Positions 23,620-30,458 are shown, counted from the stretch's first letter. The stretch is DNA of 32,000 nucleotides from Ktedonobacterales bacterium (GCA_030167145.1 CP126532.1:4500001-4532000); one strand, 5' to 3'. Notes: a model not told the origin generated them from the sequence alone. A program made the numbers and translations.

Positions 23620-24921
23620 CTATGCCTGGCCCGCTGGCACCGCAGTAAGTTCGCGGATGCCCGCCGCGAGCGTATCCAGCGCGGTATTCAGGTCGTCATC
23701 TGCGATCATCAGCGGCGGTTGGATGCGCGCGACATTGCCTTCGGTGCCGCCGACGCCGATCAGCACGCCATGCTCGCGGCAGTAGCGGCGCAGGTCCTTG
23801 GCCAGCGCGGCATCGGGCGTCTTGGCGGCGCGGTCGCGCACCAGCTCAACGCCGATCATCAGACCCAGGCCGCGCACATCGCCGATGGCGGGAAGTTCGG
23901 CTTGGAGCGCGCGCAGCCGTTGCTGCGCAGCGGCGCCTTTGCGTGCGGCTTGCCCCGGCAGGTCGTCGCGGAGCATGACTTCGACGTTGGCGAGTCCGGC
24001 GGCGCAGGCGACGGGATTGCCGCCGAAGGTGCTGAGGTGTTCGCCAGGGCGCAGCGAGTCAGCGATCTCTTCGCGGGCAATAGTGGCGGCGAGCGGGAAG
24101 CCGTCGCCGATGCCTTTGGCCATAACCAGAATGTCTGGCTCAACGCCAAAATGCTCGATGGCGAAGAGTTTGCCGGTGCGGCCAAAGCCGCTCTGCACCT
24201 CATCGGCGATGAGCAGGATGTTGTAGCGGTCGAGGATCTCTTTGACGCGGCGCAGATAGCTGGGCGGTGGGACGATCATGCCGCCTTCGCCCATCACTGG
24301 CTCGATGATGAAGGCCGCGACATCGCCGCTGGTGTGGAAGCGGATGGTGTCCTCGATGGCCTGAGCGGCGCGCTCCGCAACTACTTCGGGGTCATCGCCG
24401 AAGAGCGAGCGATAGGTGAACGGTGCAGGGGAGAAGGCGACGCCGCTACTGTAGGGACCGCCGTGGGTCTTACGACCCATATTGCCAGTGATGCTGAGCG
24501 TACCGAGTGAGCGCCCGTGGAAGCTGCGTTCCAGGGCGATGATCTCGCGCTTGCCGGTGAAGGCTTTGGCGAGTCGCAACGCCGCTTCGATGCCTTCAGC
24601 GCCGCTGTTGGAGAAGAAGGTCTTTTGCAGGCGATCCGGTGTGATTTCGGCGAGGCGTTCGGCCAGGTCGGCCACTGGCTCGACGTAGTAGGTGTATGAG
24701 CTACAGTGGATCAGCTTGTCAATCTGCCGCTTGGCGGCCTCACGAACTTCCGGGTTGCCGTGGCCCGCGTTGACGACGGCGATTCCGGAATAGCAGTCAA
24801 TGTAGCGTTTGCCAGATTCATCGTAGACATAGGCGCCGTCGGCGTGCGTAACCACGAGTGGTTCGAAGCCAGCGATGCTGCTTGTGGTGACGTAGCGTGC
24901 GTACTTTTCACGTGTATCCAT
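23620..24921 (-). CDS. Class III (omega) pyridoxal-phosphate aminotransferase
   Basis: 433 aa. SGIAVVNAGHGNP, FSNSGAEGIEAALRLA, LLIADEVQSGFGRTG, and PLP-lysine context ILVMAKGIGDGFP. AAGGAGG lies 6 nt upstream of the ATG. Confidence 0.9.
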   Translation of the reverse strand: MDTREKYARYVTTSSIAGFEPLVVTHADGAYVYDESGKRYIDCYSGIAVVNAGHGNPEVREAAKRQIDKLIHCSSYTYYVEPVADLAERLAEITPDRLQKTFFSNSGAEGIEAALRLAKAFTGKREIIALERSFHGRSLGTLSITGNMGRKTHGGPYSSGVAFSPAPFTYRSLFGDDPEVVAERAAQAIEDTIRFHTSGDVAAFIIEPVMGEGGMIVPPPSYLRRVKEILDRYNILLIADEVQSGFGRTGKLFAIEHFGVEPDILVMAKGIGDGFPLAATIAREEIADSLRPGEHLSTFGGNPVACAAGLANVEVMLRDDLPGQAARKGAAAQQRLRALQAELPAIGDVRGLGLMIGVELVRDRAAKTPDAALAKDLRRYCREHGVLIGVGGTEGNVARIQPPLMIADDDLNTALDTLAAGIRELTAVPAGQA

Positions 24922-25044
24922 GGATACCTCCTTCTGTTGCCCGCCATTCTACGTGATTGTCATTTTGTGGCGAAAGTGTCGCCGCGTCAAATGTTTCGCG
25001 GCGTGAGTAGGCCAGACTGTCCTGATGGGTGGCAAGGGGTACCG

Positions 25045-25915
25045 GCTTTCGGCCATATGGGGGTGGCCGACTCGGCCATGAATGGCCGGAGCACGGGCGC
25101 GAAGGCATGAATGCCAGGGCATCCCGTAGCGAGGGGAGCGCAGAGTGGCCGAAATGGCCGATGTGCGCGTGGGTGGGGGCAAATGACAAGACATGATCGC
25201 AACTGACGGTAGATTTTTCGCCGTTTTCGCCGCAATTTCGGATATGTGTGGTGGCCGAAATGGCCGATAGTCGCACTCGCTGCTGAAGTATGGCGGTTGC
25301 CGAAGTTGCCGATTCTGCCGATTTGCATGGTGGTGTGAGGGGAAATGACGGGAAGTGGCTGATGATGTCCGGGAAATTTTCGCCGTTTTCGCCGCAATTT
25401 TGTATCGGCGGAGTTGCCGATGTGGCCGATGTGGCCGCAATGGCAGTTGCCGATTCTGCCGATATTTGCATGATGTGAATTGCTGGTGGCCGATGTGGCC
25501 GATATTTGCATGCGCGTATGGAGGGCGAATGGGCTGGTGCAGAAAGCTCTCGGCACGAATGCCGCCGGTACTTCCGTACAAGCGGATCGCGGAGTGGCCG
25601 ATATGGCCGATTTTTGCGGATGGGTGGGGACGAATGACGGGTATTGACTGGACGTTGGGAGAGATTTTTCGCCGTTTTCGCCGCAATTTCGCGTTGTGTG
25701 CGCTCTCGGCCATGAATGGCCGGAGCAGAGGCGATGAGGAATGAATGCCCAGAGGCGCGCCCGTAGGGCGGTGGCCGGTGTGGCCGATAATCGCAGTTGC
25801 CAGAGTTGCCAGAGTTGCCGATTCTGCCGATTTTTGCATTTTGTGGAGTGCCACTGGCCGATATGGCCGATAGTGTACGCACATGCGCGTGTCCTTCGCA
25901 GTGGCGGATGGGTCG
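25045..25915. repeat. Composite non-coding repeat block (9-nt motif runs, 18-, 23-, 24- and 30-nt exact repeats, three about 95-nt composite units)
   Basis: Direct reading. The 18-mer GTGGCCGAAATGGCCGAT occurs at 25145 and 25251. GTTGCCGATTCTGCCGAT occurs at 25305, 25446 and 25814. AGATTTTTCGCCGTTTTCGCCGCAATTTCG occurs at 25211 and 25662, with a core copy at 25377. CTCGGCCATGAATGGCCGGAGCA occurs at 25071 and 25705. See the findings for detail. Confidence 0.85.
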
Positions 25916-26080
25916 TATCTGGGTAGTGTAGCATGCGGAGCGGGTGGGAGTGGATGGTCACGTGGGGACAGATACGGTCGGGTGCGGACACGAGGAGATG
26001 GGGAGTTAAGGAGATGGGGATGAGGTGGGAGGCTGGTGAAAGAGGAGCAAATAGCGCAGTACAGACCCCGATTTCTGGCA

Positions 26081-26108
26081 TTGTGTCGCGTTCGCTTTCT
26101 GGTACAAT
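26081..26108 (+). promoter_or_regulatory. Candidate extended -10 promoter of the isoaspartyl peptidase gene
   Basis: TTGTGT (26081-26086), a 16-nt spacer, then TGG-TACAAT (26100-26108). The 5' UTR carries a CTCGCT-GCGAG-AGCGAG hairpin, and GGGAGG lies 9 nt before the ATG. Confidence 0.4.
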
Positions 26109-26168
26109 ACAAGTCTACAGCTCGCTGCGAGAGCGAGGGGCCAACCTCGACGCGGGAGGATACAGGCA

Positions 26169-27161
26169 ATGGGGCTTGCACTGATTGTTCATGGTGGCGC
26201 GGGGGCGATGGCGCGCGAGCGCTATGACGCGGCGCGCGAGGGCTGCCGTGAGGCAGCGGTGGCGGGCTGGCGCGTGCTGCGCGCGGGCGGGTCGGCGCTG
26301 GATGCGGTGGAGAAGGCGATCAGCGTGCTCGAAAACAATCCGGGATTCAATGCCGGGACGGGCGGCGTGCTGACGACGGATGGACGGGCGCAACTGGACG
26401 CGGGCATCATGGACGGCGAGACGCTGGATGCGGGCGCAATCGCGGGTGTGGAGCGCATCAAGAATCCGATTCAGGTTGCGCGCAGGGTACTCGCCAGCCC
26501 GCATGTGCTGCTGATCGGCGCGGGCGCGGAGAGCTTCGCCACGGATTCGGGCATTGCGCTATGTGATCCGAGCGAACTGGTGACCCCCGCGCAGTATGCG
26601 CGCTGGCAGCGCGGCTATGGCCTGGGCGATGATGTGAATGTGGGTGACCGGGTGGATGTGGGCGCGGGCCTGGGCGCGATTGACATGGAAGCGGAGCCAG
26701 GGACGCGGAATGGCGCGTATGCGGATGACGAGCCGGTTCATGCCGATGCGCACAAGCATGGCACGGTGGGGGCGGTGGCGGTGGATGCGCGCGGTGTGGT
26801 GGCGGCGGGGGCTTCGACGGGGGGAATCGCGGCCAAGCATCCAGGGCGGGTGGGCGATACGCCGATTGTGGGTGCGGGCTTCTATGCAGAAAATGGGCTG
26901 GGCGGCGTCTCCAGCACGGGACATGGCGAAGACTTCATCCGCCTGCTGCTGGCGCGGCGTGCGCTGGACTACATCGCGGCGGGCAGTTCGGCGCAGGCGG
27001 CGGCGACCAAAGCGATGCAACTGCTGAGCAGGCGGGTGGGTGGCAGCGGTGGGCTGATATTGCTGGATGGACAAGGCCGTGTCGGCTACGCCCGGAACTC
27101 GCCGACGATGGCGCACGCTTTCATCGTCGAGGGGATGGATGTGCCGTTCGCTGGGGTGTGA
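26169..27161 (+). CDS. Isoaspartyl peptidase / L-asparaginase (Ntn-hydrolase, asparaginase_2 family)
   Basis: 330 aa. LIVHGGAG, NPGFNAGTGGVLT, autoprocessing site HGTVGAVA, GRVGDTPIVGAG and TGHGEDFIR. Confidence 0.9.
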   Translation: MGLALIVHGGAGAMARERYDAAREGCREAAVAGWRVLRAGGSALDAVEKAISVLENNPGFNAGTGGVLTTDGRAQLDAGIMDGETLDAGAIAGVERIKNPIQVARRVLASPHVLLIGAGAESFATDSGIALCDPSELVTPAQYARWQRGYGLGDDVNVGDRVDVGAGLGAIDMEAEPGTRNGAYADDEPVHADAHKHGTVGAVAVDARGVVAAGASTGGIAAKHPGRVGDTPIVGAGFYAENGLGGVSSTGHGEDFIRLLLARRALDYIAAGSSAQAAATKAMQLLSRRVGGSGGLILLDGQGRVGYARNSPTMAHAFIVEGMDVPFAGV

Positions 27162-27301
27162 ACAGAAACCTAACCCCAACAACGATAAAGCGCCGCCCTA
27201 GCCCTGCGAAAGCCTGGCACACAGCCAGGCCAGCAAAGGATAGAGCGGCGCTTCGGACCCCTTGGTGCCCTCCGCCGATGTCCGAGCCGCCACGCGCCGT
27301 A

Positions 27302-30058
27302 TCAGCCGCCCGCGAGTTGTTCGCGCCGCGCGCTCAGCTTGGCCAGCGTATCTTCCGCCGCCGCCAGCGCCTCGCGCTCTTTCTGGACCACATCGGGCCG
27401 CGCACGTGCTACGAAGTTCGGATTGTCCAGCATCTTGCGCGAGCGTTCGATAACGCCGCGTGCCTGCTCCATCTCTGCCGCCAGTCGCGCTAGCTCTTTC
27501 TCCACGTCCAGCAGCCCCGCCAGCGGTAGGTAGATCTCCACCCCGCCCGCGACCAGCGCCATCGCCTGCTCTGGCTTGCTCGCCAGCGTCCGCTCGACCT
27601 TCGGCGGCTCGGTGCGCGCCAGTTGCTCGATCAGCGCGCTCTGCTTGCGCAGCGCCGCTGCCTTCGCCCCCGCGATGAGGATCACGCGCACGCGGCGGGA
27701 AGGCTCGACCTCCGCCTGTTTACGTGCGTCACGTATCCGCGTGATGATCTCTTGCAGCAGCGCGAACTCCTCTTCCGCCGCCGTCTCGCGCTGGCGATCT
27801 GCCGCCGTGCCAGGCTCCGGCCACGCCGCCAGCATCAACGCTTGCGCTGGCCGCTCGCCCTCCTCGGAACGGCTCGGACGTTGGCTCTCGCTCCGCTCGC
27901 CCTCCGGCGTATCGGCGTAGAGATGCTGCCACACTTCTTCGGTGACGAACGGCATGAACGGATGCAGCAGCCGCAGCGCGCGATCCAGCGTCGCCCGCAG
28001 GATGCCCGCCGTGCGCTCGCGCTGCGCCGCATCGCGCAACTGGCCCTTGGCGATCTCCAGATACCAGTCGCAGTACTCCGACCAGAAGAACTCGAAGATC
28101 TGGCGGCCGGCCTCGCCGAACTGGAACTCGCTCAGCAGCCGCGTCACCTCGACTGTCAGCCCCTGCGCCCGGCTCACGATCCAGCGGTCCGCCAGCGACT
28201 TCGGCTGCACCGCCTCCAACGCGGGAATCCCACCGCCTATACCCTCCGTCTGGCCGATGACGAAGCGCGCCGCGTTCCAAATCTTGTTGGCGAAGTTGCG
28301 ATTGCCAGCGATGCGATTCATCGAGAGCTTGGTATCATTCCCCGGCGTGCTGCTCGTCGCCAGCGTGAAGCGCAGCGCGTCGGTGCCGTACTGGTCCATC
28401 ACCTCCAGCGGGTCAATCACGTTGCCGAGCGACTTGCTCATCTTGCGGCCCTGCTCATCGCGGATCAGCCCGTGCAGATACACCGTCTCGAACGGCACGA
28501 CGCCGAGGAAGTGGATGCCCGACATCGCCATGCGCGCTACCCAGAAGAAGATGATGTCGTAGCCTGTCTCCATCACCGTTGTCGGATAGAAGCGGCGTAG
28601 ATCCGGCGTGTCATCCGGCCAGCCAAGCGTGCTGAACGGCCACAGCCACGAGCTAAACCACGTATCCAGCACGTCGGGATCCTGGTGGATCTCCGCGCTG
28701 CCGCAGTGCGCGCAGACAGCGGGATCCTCACGGGCGACGGTCATCTGGCCGCAGGTGTCGCAGTACCACGCCGGGATGCGATGCCCCCACCAGAGCTGGC
28801 GCGAGATGTTCCAGTCGCGGATGTTCTCCAGCCAGTCGGTGTAGGTCTTGCCGAAGCGTTCGGGCACGATGCGCATCTGGCCGTACTTCAGTGCGCCCAG
28901 CGCGGGCGTCGCTAGCGGCGTCATCTTCACGAACCACTGTGTGGAGATCAGCGGCTCGATGATCGTATGGCAGCGCGAGCAGTGCCCCAGCGGAATCTCG
29001 TAGTCTTCGGTCTTCGCCAACAGGCCCAGCCGCGCGAACTCCGCCACCACGCCCTCGCGCGCCTCGAAGCGGTCCTGCCCGGCGAACGTGCCCGCCTGAT
29101 CGGTCATCTTGCCATCGAAGCCGATTACCTGGATGCGCTCTAAGCCGTGCCGATTGCCGATCTCGAAGTCGGTCGGGTCATGCGCGGGGGTCATCTTCAC
29201 CGCGCCGGTACCGAAGTTCTTGTCCACGGCGGCATCGGCGACGATGGGAATGCGCCGCCCCATGATCGGCAGGATCACGTAGCGGCCCACGAAGTCGCGG
29301 TAACGGTCGTCATCGGGATTGACGGCGACGCCGGTATCACCCAGGATGGTTTCGGGGCGCGTCGTCGCGACGGTGATGTAGCGCGGCTCAGTCTCGCCCT
29401 CCGCCAGTTCCAGTGGGTAGCGCATGTAGTAGAGCTTGCCCGGCGTGTTGACCACCTCGACTTCCAGATCCGAGATGGAGCTCATACAGCGCGGACACCA
29501 GTTGATGATGCGCTCGCCGCGATACGCCAGCCCCTCTTCGTAGAGCCGCACGAACACCTCGCGCACCGCCCGCGCCAGCCCCTCGTCCAGCGTGAAGCGC
29601 TCGCGTTCCCAATCGGTGGAGACGCCCAGCCGCCGGTGCTGGTTCTGGATGCGGCTCTTATAGGCGCGTACCCACTGCCACACGCGCTCGACGAACGCCT
29701 CGCGTCCCATCTGCTGGCGGTCCAGTCCCTCCTTGGCGATCTCGCGCTCGACCACAGTCTGTGTGGCAATGCCCGCATGGTCCTCGCCGGGAACCCACAG
29801 CGTCTCGTCGCCGCGCATGCGGTGATAGCGGATCATGATGTCTTCGAGGGTTGCGGTGAGCGCGTGGCCCAAGTGCAGTGCGCCGGTCACGTTCGGCGGC
29901 GGCATGCTGATGACGAATCGCTTGCCAGTGCGGCTCTCTCGCGGCTTGAAGAAGCCAGAGCTTTCCCACCAGGCATAGAGCCGCCGCTCTGTCTCTTGGG
30001 GGTCATACGCCTTGGGAATCTGGTCGAGGCGGCGTTCGGTCGCCGGTTCAGTTGTCAT
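27302..30058 (-). CDS. valS: Valine--tRNA ligase
   Basis: Class I HIGH motif PPPNVTGALHLGHA and KMSKS motif RKMSKSLGNV, with a C-terminal coiled coil. I chose the start at 30058 (MTTEPATERRLDQIPKAYDP). The track ORF extends upstream into the T-box leader. Confidence 0.95.
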   Translation of the reverse strand: MTTEPATERRLDQIPKAYDPQETERRLYAWWESSGFFKPRESRTGKRFVISMPPPNVTGALHLGHALTATLEDIMIRYHRMRGDETLWVPGEDHAGIATQTVVEREIAKEGLDRQQMGREAFVERVWQWVRAYKSRIQNQHRRLGVSTDWERERFTLDEGLARAVREVFVRLYEEGLAYRGERIINWCPRCMSSISDLEVEVVNTPGKLYYMRYPLELAEGETEPRYITVATTRPETILGDTGVAVNPDDDRYRDFVGRYVILPIMGRRIPIVADAAVDKNFGTGAVKMTPAHDPTDFEIGNRHGLERIQVIGFDGKMTDQAGTFAGQDRFEAREGVVAEFARLGLLAKTEDYEIPLGHCSRCHTIIEPLISTQWFVKMTPLATPALGALKYGQMRIVPERFGKTYTDWLENIRDWNISRQLWWGHRIPAWYCDTCGQMTVAREDPAVCAHCGSAEIHQDPDVLDTWFSSWLWPFSTLGWPDDTPDLRRFYPTTVMETGYDIIFFWVARMAMSGIHFLGVVPFETVYLHGLIRDEQGRKMSKSLGNVIDPLEVMDQYGTDALRFTLATSSTPGNDTKLSMNRIAGNRNFANKIWNAARFVIGQTEGIGGGIPALEAVQPKSLADRWIVSRAQGLTVEVTRLLSEFQFGEAGRQIFEFFWSEYCDWYLEIAKGQLRDAAQRERTAGILRATLDRALRLLHPFMPFVTEEVWQHLYADTPEGERSESQRPSRSEEGERPAQALMLAAWPEPGTAADRQRETAAEEEFALLQEIITRIRDARKQAEVEPSRRVRVILIAGAKAAALRKQSALIEQLARTEPPKVERTLASKPEQAMALVAGGVEIYLPLAGLLDVEKELARLAAEMEQARGVIERSRKMLDNPNFVARARPDVVQKEREALAAAEDTLAKLSARREQLAGG

Positions 30059-30425
30059 GCTCTCATCACCTCTCACACCAATATCGTCATCAAGAGCACA
30101 CGCCGTGCGCCCATTCGACGCTACACGAAACACGAAAAAAGCCTTCCCCGCCAAGGACGAGGGAAGGCTCGTGGTGCCACCTTGATTCGTGGCGCGCGCA
30201 CATCCGCATGTGGACGGCGCGGCCACCTCTTGGGCGCGATAACGGGCGCTCCCCGCGCGGCGCTACATTCCCATCCACGGATGGGGGTTCACGTCGCGGG
30301 CGGCCAGGGCACTTCGGCTTCGCGGACCAAGGGGCGCTCGCAGCCAGTGGCGCTCCATCTCTTGCGGTCCGCCCTAACGCCTACTCCTCCTAGTCATTGC
30401 CAGTACGTCTAATAGACTCGTATCT
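30059..30425 (-). promoter_or_regulatory. T-box riboswitch leader of valS
   Basis: The reverse strand contains, in the canonical order, GCAATGA..GGAGGAGTA (GA/K-turn plus AGTA), an AGAGA bulge, distal loop GGCTGCGA, F-box CCGTTA, and T-box sequence AATCAAGGTGGCACCACGAG (30187-30166). The T-box overlaps the 5' arm of the terminator AGCCTTCCC...GGGAAGGCT-TTTTTT (30169-30135). A GAA-GUG (Val codon) lies in the region where the specifier loop is expected. Confidence 0.85.
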
Positions 30426-30428
30426 CCC

Positions 30429-30458
30429 AGTCTACCCTATGCTCGCGCGCTATGTCAA
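30429..30458 (-). promoter_or_regulatory. Candidate sigma-70 promoter of the valS T-box leader
   Basis: The reverse strand reads TTGACA (30458-30453), an 18-nt spacer, then TAGACT (30434-30429). Confidence 0.45.

Noticed and set aside
25045-25915. CRISPR array, or a DGR template/variable repeat pair
   Set aside because: The repeats have several lengths (9, 18, 24, 30 and about 85 nt) and irregular spacing. No uniform repeat-spacer pattern and no cas genes are present. Copy differences are not restricted to adenines, and no reverse transcriptase is present in the window.
25290-25926. Cys/Trp-rich plus-strand ORFs (for example SCRCGRCGRNGSCRFCRYL..WWPMWPIF and CQSCQSCRFCRF) as possible multi-copy RiPP precursor peptides
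   Set aside because: The Cys-rich strings are simply the 9-mer TGCCGA/TGGCCG read in one frame. Equivalent units are interrupted by stops or are read in other frames (units 1 and 2 hit TGA within 6-8 codons after the conserved ATGAC). No RBS and no maturation enzymes lie nearby.
25936-26035. G-quadruplex-forming sequence in the G-rich tract
   Set aside because: The G-runs are mostly 3-4 nt, but they are separated by loops of up to about 15 nt, and the fourth run is weak. No canonical G3+N1-7 x4 pattern could be read.
24908-26181. Three long overlapping minus-strand ORFs (324, 410 and 364 aa) covering the repeat block
   Set aside because: All three frames are open only because the repeat words lack TCA, TTA and CTA. 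The translations are low-complexity (IGHIGH, SATSAT, RRKRRK, PHRPHR). They have no RBS and run into the 5' ends and promoters of both flanking genes. The conserved DNA modules also fall in different frames in different copies.
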